From positions 457 through 64,456 of the forward strand of contig OMUH01000021.1 of NCBI GenBank assembly GCA_900314195.1: a stretch of DNA of 64,000 nucleotides. Direction: 5' to 3'. The notes below the pieces were generated by a model. The model was given only the letters and a program-made list of their open reading frames with translations. It had not been told where the DNA came from and did not search any database. Origin of the DNA: an uncultured Prevotella sp. Its GTDB lineage: Bacteria > Bacteroidota > Bacteroidia > Bacteroidales > Bacteroidaceae. Every line of letters starts with the position of its first letter. Within the stretch, counting starts at the first letter, position 1. Both the position numbers and the translations under genes were made by a program. Positions 42,101 through 51,537 of the stretch are shown here, piece after piece.

Positions 42101-42471
42101 ATTCATTCGGTGTAGGTGCAGTTGATTATCAGCTTGATATTCTTTCTGCATTCTCTGGTTATAAGGCTACACGAAGATGGGGTGCCAGCATATATGCCGG
42201 TCTCGCCCTCGGATATGGTTTCAGTTCAGACAAGAAACTTGATGACGGCACGAAGTTGAAAGATTATTCTTCGAATTCTCTGGCTTATGGCGGTAACGCC
42301 GGTCTTATTGCTGATTATCGTTTCAACAGCAACTGGGCTGTGTTCTTCAACCACAATATGTATGCTCTTGCAAGATCGTCATCATCGTCGTTCTTTAACT
42401 CACCTGCTCTCGTGCTTGGTAAGTGCTGTGTTCTCAGTAGTTTCAATATCGGTATAATTCACAAATTCTAA
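39193..42471 (+). CDS. Outer-membrane protein with five tandem OmpA-type beta-barrel domains
   Basis: Signal peptide; five ~170-195 aa amphipathic-strand repeats; C-terminal ...IGIIHKF beta-signal. Confidence 0.78.
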   Translation: MMDKKIFVTFLIALSVSGARARSVSSFTQVNDTIARDLSDLEAQLQDSVIPTDVDTNYYGVARQRNFNALKYVLDGRHRYPGDNFKNRSFWDHSYLELGAYGSSYRNNGAYKITPLTGAYLNFGKELSPMSTIRVGLGVGVSFLKGMKDPVYTNNSVLWTFSGNVDYLFNFSNYLLGYRPDRPLSVAGVVGLGYEKLNFEVPQLGGRIYEVADKSGNVFNFHTGLQFRFFAGSHGLIGIEPYVQLASDKHDLSRTFRNDRLDFSYGAKISYIYYFNSVLSEYGGNLRRHYLDGQRYFSTDSAFRAKRAPFFFEYEIGPSFMNNGPLSTSDAKGYSVAGYIGKWLTSAIGFRMGVSGTNTNWQLYGQRMGMYTRAGIAVDGLLNPFGFTRHYNWDNQFGLNLLGGYEYGRVRLSELPTGDMNKGKYIGYRVGAQIWTKITNDLRFNIEPMYIAEENYYGRHDHRYRYDEFTVKAGLTVLFRSMMKRNHVEFNDSSLGKLYFGIGLGTNSSVYRWKYDGASKPFLRNGFAFLGYKFNDISAARLMGEYFEDQTLTKYHHDHYLHMRTTAISLDYELNLLNAMSGVNPRRRWGVSIYGGPSYAFGGSSDDPNEFGFNLGGQLSYRITRNLSLFYAHNVYWLHNRYKKLSDQAHFFYGTMVNTFNLGMLFNFNSFNPEDGYAFENGKPFFVEYGLGMGSVSGTPAKGSDAMGTVTSGGLGLWFTPYLGARATFELQKGGASSEELEINGQNHTLYNQLGMGYGNIDVLINPFGFKRNYNMDDAKFGINLFVGYRNGYYALADHHDMFKGQKMYFGGLHYGAQFWTKLTQDLRFFIQPTFAQLDTKSIYYNPETYELSKERKVGYETLDLGNNFTVKAGLTLFLRSTKNREDADDEDLFDQPYFYAGVGGGWNIPLQNRHFESPGSKINGIVFGGYRFSQYSGVRASFEFFNDGITEANINKHYDGLPSYTKSTYSFGVGAVDYQLDILSAFSGYKATRRWGASIYAGLALGYGFSSDKKLDDGTKLKDYSSNSLAYGGNAGLIADYRFNSNWAVFFNHNMYALARSSSSSFFNSPALVLGKCCVLSSFNIGIIHKF

Positions 42472-42486
42472 TTGGAGGCAACTGTT

Positions 42487-43821
42487 ATGAAGAAAAGTAT
42501 ATTGATTACATCGTTGCTTATGCTGCTCTGTCTGACGGTTTCCGCTCAGAAGAATAAGTCGGCTAATAAGTTCAAAGAGGGAACGAGTGAATACTACGCT
42601 TATGAAGGTGAGAAACTCCTTAAGCAGGATAAGATAGATGAGGCGAAGGCTGCCTGGAAGCAGGCTCGTATGGCTAAACAAATTTCATGTGATGAAATTT
42701 GTCTTGGCGGTGATATTTATTTGAAGGAAAACAATCAGGAGATGGCCATGAAGCAATATCGTCGTGCCATCTATTTCGACCGCAAAAACGAGAAAGCTTA
42801 TTTCCGTATTGTAAATATGTTGAAGGCAAAGCAAATGCCTGCCGCTGTCGCTCTTCTTGATACTCTTGGTCATGAGCGTCCTGACCTGCCTATACAGACT
42901 ATGATTGCTGATCTGTATTATGACAATCAGGACTTTTCAAGTGCCTTGAAAATCTATGATTCCATGTCACGTGACACAATGAGCGACCGCACTCTTATGC
43001 ACTATGCTACCTGTGCTTACTTCACTCAGAATTATGATTTGACGATTACTCTTGCCAATCTTGGTCATGTGCGCAACAGTCGCGATGCTGTCTTCAACCG
43101 TTTCCGGTTGTATGGTTACACTGATAAAGGTATGTACCAGGATGCTCTTACGGCGGCCAATGACTTGTTCTATAATTCCGACAGTCTTAAGGTGCAGTAT
43201 ATCGACTATTTCTATTATGGTTATGCCCTCAACGGCATGGGACGTACCGCTGACGCTGTCAAACAGTTCGACCGTGCAGCCGAGCTGTCCCAGGGACAAC
43301 GTGACATATCCAAGGAACTGTCTGACGCTTATCTGAAGATTCATCAATATGATCAGGCCGCTCATTTCTACGAGCTGTATATGAAGAATGAAAAAGACGA
43401 CTATAACAGGGTTTACAACACCAACCACCTTGGATATATATGGTATACCAAAGCAAACAATGATACCACACTTACTAAGGAGCAGAAGATTGAAACTCTT
43501 AAAAAGGCTATAATATACTTCCATCAGATTGAGGTCTATGAGCCGGATAACTATTTGGGATATTTGTTTGAGGCCCGTTGTAACACTGTTATAGACGAGA
43601 ATAGCAAGCAGGGGCTTGCCAAGCCTTTCTATTCCAAGGTTATCGAGCTGACACAAAACGATGCTTCGCATCAGTCTTACTTCATAGAGGCTTGTCAGTA
43701 TATGGCATATTATAATTACATTCATAAGAACTTCAAGGGCTCGCATGAGTTTGCCGAAAAGATTCTTGCTGTTGATCCTAATAATATGTATGCCATTCAG
43801 ATTGCGGAGGCCACTAAATAG
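42487..43821 (+). CDS. Exported tetratricopeptide-repeat protein
   Basis: Signal peptide; repeated TPR patterns (YGYALNGMGRTADAVKQFDRA; AEKILAVDPNN). Confidence 0.85.
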   Translation: MKKSILITSLLMLLCLTVSAQKNKSANKFKEGTSEYYAYEGEKLLKQDKIDEAKAAWKQARMAKQISCDEICLGGDIYLKENNQEMAMKQYRRAIYFDRKNEKAYFRIVNMLKAKQMPAAVALLDTLGHERPDLPIQTMIADLYYDNQDFSSALKIYDSMSRDTMSDRTLMHYATCAYFTQNYDLTITLANLGHVRNSRDAVFNRFRLYGYTDKGMYQDALTAANDLFYNSDSLKVQYIDYFYYGYALNGMGRTADAVKQFDRAAELSQGQRDISKELSDAYLKIHQYDQAAHFYELYMKNEKDDYNRVYNTNHLGYIWYTKANNDTTLTKEQKIETLKKAIIYFHQIEVYEPDNYLGYLFEARCNTVIDENSKQGLAKPFYSKVIELTQNDASHQSYFIEACQYMAYYNYIHKNFKGSHEFAEKILAVDPNNMYAIQIAEATK

Positions 43822-43984
43822 TCAGATATTATAGCTACAGCTTTTAACGGTTACTTGCCGTATCGCATACAACATATACTGTTATTTGACCGTATGTAAC
43901 TGTTATCTGACGTATATTAATTTGATATTTTGGGCCGGTATTAATGCCGGCCCTTTATTTTTATTACAATTACTATTAATACAC

Positions 43985-46060
43985 ATGTCTGAAAAGCAAT
44001 TCAAGCGTACCACTGTTACGGCTGCCTTGCCCTATGCCAACGGCGGCGTACATATTGGTCATCTTGCCGGCGTGTACGTCCCGGCTGATATTTACGTTCG
44101 TTATCTTCGTTTAAAGAAGGAAGATGTTGTGTTCATAGGCGGCAGTGATGAACATGGAGTGCCTATTACTATTCGTGCAAAGAAAGAGGGATGTACTCCG
44201 CAAGATATTTGTGACCGCTATCATAAGCTCATAAAAGACAGCTTTAAGGAGTTTGGTATCAGTTTCGACATTTACAGTCGTACAACATCGAAGACTCACA
44301 ATAAGTTTGCTTCTGACTTCTTCCGTAAACTCTATGATGACGGAAAGCTGATAGAAAAAGAATCTGACCAGTATTACGATGAGGAAGCTCATCAGTTTCT
44401 TGCCGACCGTTATATAATGGGCGAATGCCCTCATTGCGGCAACCCCAATGCATACGGCGACCAATGTGAGAAATGTGGCAGTGATCTGTCGCCCATGGAG
44501 CTGATAAATCCTCATTCAACTATTTCCGGTTCCAAGCCTGTCATCAAGAAAACCAAGAACTGGTACCTTCCGCTTAACGAGTATCAGGACTGGCTTAAGA
44601 AGTGGATACTTGACGGTCACAAGGAATGGCGTCCGAATGTTTACGGGCAGTGCAAGAGCTGGCTTGACATGGATCTTCAGCCGCGTGCCATGACCCGTGA
44701 CCTAGATTGGGGTATTCCCGTTCCGGTAGAAGGAGCAGACGGTAAGGTGCTTTATGTATGGTTCGATGCTCCTATTGGCTATATCTCAAACACCATTGAG
44801 CTGTGCGAGAAAGAACCTGAAAAGTTCGGTAACTGGGAAAAATGGTGGAAAGACCCTGATACGCGTCTTGTACATTTCATCGGAAAAGACAATATCGTGT
44901 TCCACTGTCTTATTTTTCCAGTGATGCTTAAAGCCCACGGAGGATTTATACTGCCCGATAATGTTCCGGCTAATGAATTCCTTAATCTTGAAAACAATAA
45001 GATTTCTACCAGCCGTAACTGGGCTGTGTGGCTTGATGAATATCTTCGTGACTTTCCGGGCAAGCAGGATGTCCTGCGCTATGTGTTGACGGCAAATGCC
45101 CCGGAGACCAAAGACAATAACTTTACGTGGAAGGACTTCCAGGAGCGAAACAACAGTGAGCTTGTTGCCATTTATGGTAATTTTGTCAACCGTGCCCTTC
45201 AGCTCACATGGAAATATTGGAACGGAGCCGTTCCTGCCTGCGGTGAACTTCTAGACGTAGACAAACGTGCAGTAACAGAATTCAAGGACGTGAAAGACAA
45301 GATGGAGGCATATCTTGATACGTTTAAGTTCCGTGAGGCTCAGAAGGAAGCGATGAACCTTGCACGTATAGGCAATAAATATATCACCGAATGTGAGCCG
45401 TGGAAGGTATGGAAGAATGATCCCAAACGTGTAGAAACCATTCTTAATATATCTCTTCAGCTTGTTGCAAACCTTGCCATTGCTTTTGAGCCGTTCCTTC
45501 CGTTCTCCAGCAAGGACCTCCGTGAGATGATAAATCTTGAATCTTTTGACTGGAACCAGCTCGGTTCAACAGATCTTCTTCCGGCCGGTCATCAGCTTAA
45601 CAAACCGCACCTTCTCTTTGAAAAGATTGAAGACAGCGTTATTGACGCACAGCTTGCCAAGCTCGAAGCAACAAAGAAAGCCAATGAGGCCAAGCAGAAA
45701 GATGCCGAATATAAGGCTGAACCTTTTAAGGATACCGTAGATTTCTCTGCATTTGAAAAGCTCGATATACGTGTAGGTCATGTCAAGGAGTGCTTTAAGG
45801 TTAAGAAGAGCAACAAACTACTGCAATTCACCATTGATGATGGCAGTGGTACCGATCGCACCATTCTGTCAGGCATCGCAAAATATTATAATCCGGAGCA
45901 GCTTACGGGCAAGGACGTGCTTTTCATAGCAAATCTTGCGCCGAGAAAGATAATGGGAATAGAAAGCCAGGGAATGATATTAAGCGCCGTTGATGCCGAC
46001 GGTTCTCTTGCTGTTACAACAGCTCTGAAACACGTTCACCCAGGCAGTCAGGTGTCATAA
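43985..46060 (+). CDS. metG: Methionine--tRNA ligase
   Basis: [11 protein letters not shown], Zn knuckle CPHC/CEKC, KISTS, C-terminal tRNA-binding domain. Confidence 0.97.
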   Translation: MSEKQFKRTTVTAALPYANGGVHIGHLAGVYVPADIYVRYLRLKKEDVVFIGGSDEHGVPITIRAKKEGCTPQDICDRYHKLIKDSFKEFGISFDIYSRTTSKTHNKFASDFFRKLYDDGKLIEKESDQYYDEEAHQFLADRYIMGECPHCGNPNAYGDQCEKCGSDLSPMELINPHSTISGSKPVIKKTKNWYLPLNEYQDWLKKWILDGHKEWRPNVYGQCKSWLDMDLQPRAMTRDLDWGIPVPVEGADGKVLYVWFDAPIGYISNTIELCEKEPEKFGNWEKWWKDPDTRLVHFIGKDNIVFHCLIFPVMLKAHGGFILPDNVPANEFLNLENNKISTSRNWAVWLDEYLRDFPGKQDVLRYVLTANAPETKDNNFTWKDFQERNNSELVAIYGNFVNRALQLTWKYWNGAVPACGELLDVDKRAVTEFKDVKDKMEAYLDTFKFREAQKEAMNLARIGNKYITECEPWKVWKNDPKRVETILNISLQLVANLAIAFEPFLPFSSKDLREMINLESFDWNQLGSTDLLPAGHQLNKPHLLFEKIEDSVIDAQLAKLEATKKANEAKQKDAEYKAEPFKDTVDFSAFEKLDIRVGHVKECFKVKKSNKLLQFTIDDGSGTDRTILSGIAKYYNPEQLTGKDVLFIANLAPRKIMGIESQGMILSAVDADGSLAVTTALKHVHPGSQVS

Positions 46061-46204
46061 GTAAAGTTCACAAGTTATTAACTTGCTTTGATTATCTGCA
46101 ATAGCCAGACAAGGCTTTCGCCCAGAATGAATTTTATTTTTGTTATGAAAATATTTATTCAAAGCGCAATACAGGCAGACAGCGGATATTCAAAAAAAAA
46201 TATA

Positions 46205-46246
46205 AAAAGCGGACAAAGTGAAAAACTTGTCCGCTTTTCTTTTTTT
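46205..46246 (+). terminator. Intrinsic terminator after metG
   Basis: AAAAGCGGACAA...TTGTCCGCTTTT followed by a T-run. Confidence 0.7.
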
Positions 46247-46404
46247 ATAACATTTTATGCATTATCTTTGTGCTTGTAATTAAGCTGATTCATATCGTAA
46301 TTTGTCGAATATATTTTTTGAGCGGCACAAGTCACGGTCCCTGCATTTGGTTGCGTATATTCATAAATATAATACAAACGTTACTAACAAATAAAATATT
46401 AATC

Positions 46405-46761
46405 ATGGCTTCAAGAGAGAATAAAATTCTAACACCGTCAGAAAAGCAGCAGGCATGGCAGCTTATACAGTCAACCCTTCAGCGCGAATGCCGCAAGTTT
46501 CTTGATACAACATGGCGATATATAGGCTCACCGATGGATGATGGCGCCGATGCCGTACATCAGCGTTATATTGGTCTTTATGAGCGTGTCAGGAATTTTG
46601 ACCGTCTTATAGGACATTATTATGACGATGATATTACCGGAAGTGACTTTGTTCCGGTGCTTGCACGTCTTTATCGTGATAAGATATTGTCAGATGAAGA
46701 TTTGCCAGTTTTTAGCAGGCCGGTGCAGGATACAATAAAAGAGGAAGCTGCTGCGTTGTGA
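46405..46761 (+). CDS. Hypothetical protein (~118 aa)
   Basis: AT-rich leader before MASRENK; helical; no recognised motif. Confidence 0.6.
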   Translation: MASRENKILTPSEKQQAWQLIQSTLQRECRKFLDTTWRYIGSPMDDGADAVHQRYIGLYERVRNFDRLIGHYYDDDITGSDFVPVLARLYRDKILSDEDLPVFSRPVQDTIKEEAAAL

Positions 46762-46786
46762 CCGCAGCCATTCTAATCAATATGTG

Positions 46787-47728
46787 ATGTTCTCAGCACT
46801 GCTTCTTTCCGGCTTTCTTACTTTTGTCGAACTGAACTGTGAGAATCTGTTCAACACCGTTCATGACAGCTTGAAACAGGATTATGAATTTCTGCCCGAC
46901 GGCAGTCACCGCTGGACGCGGACGCGCTACTGGAGAAAGCTGAATGCAATATCTAAGGAGCTCATCTCCCTTGGTGAGCAAAACGGCACCTGGCGTCCGC
47001 CGGCTCTTGCCGTGCTCTGCGAAGTTGAGAATGACAGTGTTCTGTTCGATTTGACCAGGCGCTCTCTTCTCCGTTCAGCAGGGTATCAATATGTAATTAC
47101 AGAATCACCTGATGAACGTGGCATCGACGTAGCCCTTCTTTATGATCCGTTCGTGTTCCGTCTTCTTTATTCACGTTCAATACGTGTTCCGCTGCAAAAA
47201 GGGATGTCGCCAACGCGTGACATATTATATGCAAAGGGCATAGTCAGCGGTGCTGACACGCTCCACGTGTTTTGTGTGCACGCGCCGAGCCGCCGCGGGG
47301 GTGAGCGTGCGTCGCGTCCGCGCCGCATGCATGTGGCCCGTTTGCTGACATCTGCAATTGATTCAATCTACAAATGTAATTCTGCCGCAATGGTGTTTAT
47401 AGCCGGCGATTTCAATGACCATTCATCATCGCCGGCAGTAAGATATATCTCGTCCCGTGGACTTGTAAATATATCCTCATCAGCGACAGGGCGCCACGGG
47501 GCGCGTGCAACATATCGTTTTCGCGGGCTGTGGGAAAGCCTTGACCAAATGTTCTGTTCTCCGTCACTTGCCTCGCGCCTTGTTGAGTGTTATATCGGCG
47601 ATGAGCCATATCTTCTTGAAGCTGATGAGAAATACGGTGGAGTAAAGCCGCGCCGCACCTATCTCGGTCCGCGTTATCTCGGTGGTTACAGCGACCATCT
47701 GCCACTTGTGTCTGTTTTCGAATTCTAA
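46787..47728 (+). CDS. Endonuclease/exonuclease/phosphatase family nuclease
   Basis: NCENLFN, LCEVEN, DERGIDVALLY, GDFND, GYSDHLP. Confidence 0.88.
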   Translation: MFSALLLSGFLTFVELNCENLFNTVHDSLKQDYEFLPDGSHRWTRTRYWRKLNAISKELISLGEQNGTWRPPALAVLCEVENDSVLFDLTRRSLLRSAGYQYVITESPDERGIDVALLYDPFVFRLLYSRSIRVPLQKGMSPTRDILYAKGIVSGADTLHVFCVHAPSRRGGERASRPRRMHVARLLTSAIDSIYKCNSAAMVFIAGDFNDHSSSPAVRYISSRGLVNISSSATGRHGARATYRFRGLWESLDQMFCSPSLASRLVECYIGDEPYLLEADEKYGGVKPRRTYLGPRYLGGYSDHLPLVSVFEF

Positions 47729-47750
47729 TACGTGGTTTATTCCGATGAAC

Positions 47751-47790
47751 AAAAAAAACGTTTGGCCTGTATTCCTGCCAAACGTTTTTT
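47751..47790. terminator. Bidirectional terminator between convergent genes
   Basis: AAAAAAACGTTTGGC...GCCAAACGTTTTTT. Confidence 0.8.
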
Positions 47791-47838
47791 ATTTATTGGT
47801 GTCCGCTAAACTTTTTTGAAGAAAAAAATTTTTTATTA

Positions 47839-48000
47839 TTATAAGTCTTCAATATATCCCTTCGTGAACATATCGTATGACACCGCCTCCAGTTCTGCAA
47901 GAGTCATGTGCTCAACGGCATGTTCAATTTTCTTTATCAGCATATCTCGTTTGTAGTCATCGGTCTGGCTCAGCCTTGACGTAAATCTGTCTGTACTCAT
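47839..48000 (-). CDS. Small hypothetical protein (53 aa, MSTDRFTSRL...), in frame with ribD
   Basis: Own ATG preceded by AT-rich leader AAAAATAATTTTATT; unrelated to the RibD fold. Confidence 0.5.
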   Translation of the reverse strand: MSTDRFTSRLSQTDDYKRDMLIKKIEHAVEHMTLAELEAVSYDMFTKGYIEDL

Positions 48001-48957
48001 AATAAAATTATTTTTCCTGAAAATCTGTATTAAGTTGCGTCCGTAAAAATCAGCTTTTACGGCCTCTGTGTTTTCCGGTAACTGTGGTGCTCTTGTGCCG
48101 TCTGTGAAAGTCTTGTCCAGAGCCGTTTCCACGCGTATCACGTCCCACAAATCTCTGTCAATGAAGCTTTGCAGGGTCAGCCGTCCGCCTTCCACGATAA
48201 GACTTTGTTTCTTCTCGTCATATAATTTTTTAAGAATGTCGTCAATAGTCGTCTCCCTTGTCAGGACAATTCTTTCCGGATTCGGGCCGTACCACTCACG
48301 TGTTGTCAGCTTCGGATGGTCACGTACCTCAGTAGTGTGCCCTACAAGAATAGCCTCGTTTTCTGCCCGCAGCTTATGCGACAGCATCGTTGTCAGCGGC
48401 GTAGACAGTCTTGTCGGCTTGAAGTTGTCGTCAATGAGTCCGTTTGCTGTCTGACACCATTTCAAGATTATAAACGGCCTTTTCAGCTTGTTGAAAGTCA
48501 TGAACCTTATATTGCTTTCAATGCATTCATCTTCAAGCACGCCAACCGTCACGTCTATGCCGGCCTCGCGCATACGTTCTATTCCTCTGCCCTGTACCTT
48601 TGCGAACGGGTCAATACATCCGCAGACCACGCGCCTTATGCCTTTCTTTATTATCAGGTCGCAGCATGGCGGCGTGTGTCCGTAGTGCGAGCACGGCTCC
48701 AGCGATACATACATGGTGGCATCCGTGAGCAGCTTCTCATCTTCAGCCTTTACCGATGCAAACGCGTTCACCTCGGCGTGCGGACCGCCGTATGGCAAGG
48801 TGTGTCCTTCTCCGATAATCCTGCCGTCGGCAGATACTATTACAGCGCCCACAGACGGGTTCGGGCGGGCGCGCAGCAGGCCGCCGCGGGCAGTCTGCAG
48901 GCACCGCCGCATGTATGCCTCGTCAGTTTCTTTCTGACATTTCTCTTTCTCTGTCAT
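47839..48957 (-). CDS. ribD: Riboflavin biosynthesis deaminase/reductase RibD (reads through into the small ORF)
   Basis: PNPSVGAVIV, HAEV, SLEPCSHYGHTPPC, VEGG. Confidence 0.93.
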   Translation of the reverse strand: MTEKEKCQKETDEAYMRRCLQTARGGLLRARPNPSVGAVIVSADGRIIGEGHTLPYGGPHAEVNAFASVKAEDEKLLTDATMYVSLEPCSHYGHTPPCCDLIIKKGIRRVVCGCIDPFAKVQGRGIERMREAGIDVTVGVLEDECIESNIRFMTFNKLKRPFIILKWCQTANGLIDDNFKPTRLSTPLTTMLSHKLRAENEAILVGHTTEVRDHPKLTTREWYGPNPERIVLTRETTIDDILKKLYDEKKQSLIVEGGRLTLQSFIDRDLWDVIRVETALDKTFTDGTRAPQLPENTEAVKADFYGRNLIQIFRKNNFIMSTDRFTSRLSQTDDYKRDMLIKKIEHAVEHMTLAELEAVSYDMFTKGYIEDL

Positions 48958-49120
48958 ATCTCTAGTATATTTATTTTCCATATGGAAAAAACAGCAGTCA
49001 TCCAAACATACAATTAATTCGTTTGATTGCTGTCAGCCATTCTGAGTTTTGCCGCTGTTTGAGCAGCTTTTTGTCGGCAAAACGTTCTTTTCGTTTAATG
49101 ATTTTGTGTAAGTTTGCATC

Positions 49121-49960
49121 ATGAAACTTTATCAACGTCTGATGCCTCTTTATGACGCCGGCGAGGCACGCGCCATAGTGCGTCTTGTTCTTGAGGAACA
49201 CTTTCATCTGTCTCTTGCCGACATTCTCTGCGGCAAAGTTAATGAATTAAGTCGAGACGACATTAACGAACTTAATGAAATCATGAAACGTCTTGAAACG
49301 GGCGAGCCTGTACAATATGTACTTGGCGAAGCATCGTTTCTCGGACGTACGTTCGAGGTTAATTCTGCCGTGCTTATTCCCCGTCCCGAAACAGAAGAGC
49401 TGTGTCGCTGGATAATATCTGACCAGGCAGAAAAAACACAGGGCAGTCCTGCTCCGCGCGTGCTTGACATCGGAACAGGCTCAGGCTGCATTGCCGTGTC
49501 TCTTGCCCTCGGCATACCAGGCAGCCGCGTGTCAGCGTGGGATGTCAGCACGGCGGCCCTTGACGTGGCCCGCAGCAATGCCAGCCGCCTGTCAGCCAAT
49601 GTGTCTTTTGAATGCCGTGACGCGCTGACTCTTCATGCCGTTGATGAGACGTGGAACGTAATAGTGTCCAATCCGCCGTATGTCACAGAAAGCGAGAAAA
49701 ACGGTATGGCCACCAACGTGCTCAACTATGAGCCGACCACGGCACTTTTCGTTCCTGACGATAACGCACTTCTCTTTTACCGTGCCATAGCCCGTTACGC
49801 TTTCAGTACGCTCGTCCATGGCGGCCATCTTTATTTTGAAATAAACAGCGCTTTCGGCCGGCAGACGTGTGACATGCTCTCTTCTGAAGGCTTTTCTGAC
49901 GTTCGGCTTCGCAAAGATGAAGCCGGTCTGCCGCGCATGATTAGCTGCCTGCGGCCATAG
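49121..49960 (+). CDS. prmC: Release factor glutamine methyltransferase
   Basis: GEPVQYVLG, LIPRPETEEL, LDIGTGSGCIA, SNPPY. Confidence 0.95.
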   Translation: MKLYQRLMPLYDAGEARAIVRLVLEEHFHLSLADILCGKVNELSRDDINELNEIMKRLETGEPVQYVLGEASFLGRTFEVNSAVLIPRPETEELCRWIISDQAEKTQGSPAPRVLDIGTGSGCIAVSLALGIPGSRVSAWDVSTAALDVARSNASRLSANVSFECRDALTLHAVDETWNVIVSNPPYVTESEKNGMATNVLNYEPTTALFVPDDNALLFYRAIARYAFSTLVHGGHLYFEINSAFGRQTCDMLSSEGFSDVRLRKDEAGLPRMISCLRP

Positions 49961-50034
49961 GCAGACTATCTATGGGAACCATTTTAATCTATATGTTTCC
50001 TGGTATAAAATAAATCTTACGACTTTACTTAATC

Positions 50035-50538
50035 ATGAAAAGACAGAAAACAGAACAGCAGGCTCTTGAATCACTTGCATCTATTTGCTCACGTGCCGAA
50101 CACTGTACGGCCGACTTGGAAGAAAAACTTCGCCGATGGAATGTGCCGGCTGACGCACGTATGCGCATTGTTGCCAGGCTTGAGCATGAAGGCTACGTCG
50201 ACGACAGCAGGTATGCCGAACTGTTCGTGTCTGAAAAAGTCAATATAGCAGGGTGGGGACGCCGCAAAATTGAACAGGCACTCAGAATGAAGCATATCGA
50301 CAGCAGTACATACGCTCCTTATCTTGATGCCGTCACAGAAGAAGAGTGGCTTTCTCATCTTCGTCCTTTGCTGAAGTCGAAAGCTGCTTCGCTTCCGCCT
50401 CTTGATGAATGGCAGCGCAGTGCGCGGCTGATGCGTTTCGCGCTTTCGCGAGGCTTCGAAATGCAGCAAATACGTATCTGCCTCGATGAATCCGGCCTGC
50501 CTGATGATGCCGACATGCCAAATTTTTTGGCTGAATAA
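50035..50538 (+). CDS. recX: Regulatory protein RecX
   Basis: CSRAEHC, GYVDDSRYA, GWGRRKI, FALSRGF. Confidence 0.88.
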   Translation: MKRQKTEQQALESLASICSRAEHCTADLEEKLRRWNVPADARMRIVARLEHEGYVDDSRYAELFVSEKVNIAGWGRRKIEQALRMKHIDSSTYAPYLDAVTEEEWLSHLRPLLKSKAASLPPLDEWQRSARLMRFALSRGFEMQQIRICLDESGLPDDADMPNFLAE

Positions 50539-50591
50539 TTGCTGCATGACATCTCCTTAGTGTTAAAGTTTAGTTAAAAAGATGTTTTCGC

Positions 50592-50647
50592 TTTGTCTTG
50601 TTGTGTGCGATACTTAAATTTGCAGTGTATTACTTGAATCGTACACT
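50592..50647 (+). promoter_or_regulatory. Promoter with adjacent YtrA-type GntR operator
   Basis: -33 TTTG 50592, -7 TAAATTTG 50615-50622, palindrome AGTGTATTA-cttgaa-TCGTACACT at 50624-50647. Confidence 0.7.
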
Positions 50648-50679
50648 ATACTAATAAGATAATAAAACAAAACAGCAGC

Positions 50680-51501
50680 ATGATAAGCGTCAGCAATGTT
50701 TCTTATTCCTATCAAGGCAGTCATCGCAAGGTATTTGACAAATTCTCATTGTCATTTTCAGAAGATGGCATCTACGGGCTTTTAGGCCGTAACGGCACCG
50801 GCAAGTCAACACTTCTTTATCTTATGAGCGGCTTGCTGCGTCCCTCGTCCGGTTCTGTCTCTGTCGACGGCTTCAATGCCTTTCAGCGCAGTCCGGAAAT
50901 GCTGTCAGACATATTTCTTGTTCCCGACACGGTTTATTTTCCTGATTGCACGTTGCGCAGTTACATCTCTTCCAACGGCTGTTTCTATCCCCGCTTCAGC
51001 GAGGAGCTGCTCAGGAAATGCCTTTCAGATTTCGGAATGGATACTGATGTCAGGTTGTCGGCTCTTTCTTTCGGCCAGAAGAAGAAGGTTCTCGTCAGCT
51101 TTGCCATAGCCACCGGCGTTCACTGGCTTTTTATGGACGAGCCGGCCAATGGCCTTGACATACCGTCGCAAAGTCTGTTCCGCAAGATCATTGCCGACAG
51201 CATCGAGCCCGGCCGGTCGTTAATACTTTCAACCCATCAGGTTCACGGCATTGAAAATCTTCTCGACCATGTTGTTATTATTGACGGCAGCCGTGTACTT
51301 GTCAACGCCGGAACGGGCGACATAACCTCCCGCTACCGTTTTCTCAATGTGCGTGCCGGCGATGCCGTTGGCGTGCTCTATTCAGAACCGTCGGCCGTGG
51401 GCAGCCGCGCCATTGTCAGGCGTGACAGCGGCGACGGCGAGACAATTCTTGACCTTGAGCTGTTCTTCAATGCTGTTATAAGCGGCAAGATAGTAATGTA
51501 G
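50680..51501 (+). CDS. ABC transporter ATP-binding protein
   Basis: GRNGTGKST, LSFGQ, FMDEP, STH. Confidence 0.93.
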   Translation: MISVSNVSYSYQGSHRKVFDKFSLSFSEDGIYGLLGRNGTGKSTLLYLMSGLLRPSSGSVSVDGFNAFQRSPEMLSDIFLVPDTVYFPDCTLRSYISSNGCFYPRFSEELLRKCLSDFGMDTDVRLSALSFGQKKKVLVSFAIATGVHWLFMDEPANGLDIPSQSLFRKIIADSIEPGRSLILSTHQVHGIENLLDHVVIIDGSRVLVNAGTGDITSRYRFLNVRAGDAVGVLYSEPSAVGSRAIVRRDSGDGETILDLELFFNAVISGKIVM

Positions 51502-51537
51502 TTTTTATATCAAAAAAAAACAAGATAGTAAATCATT

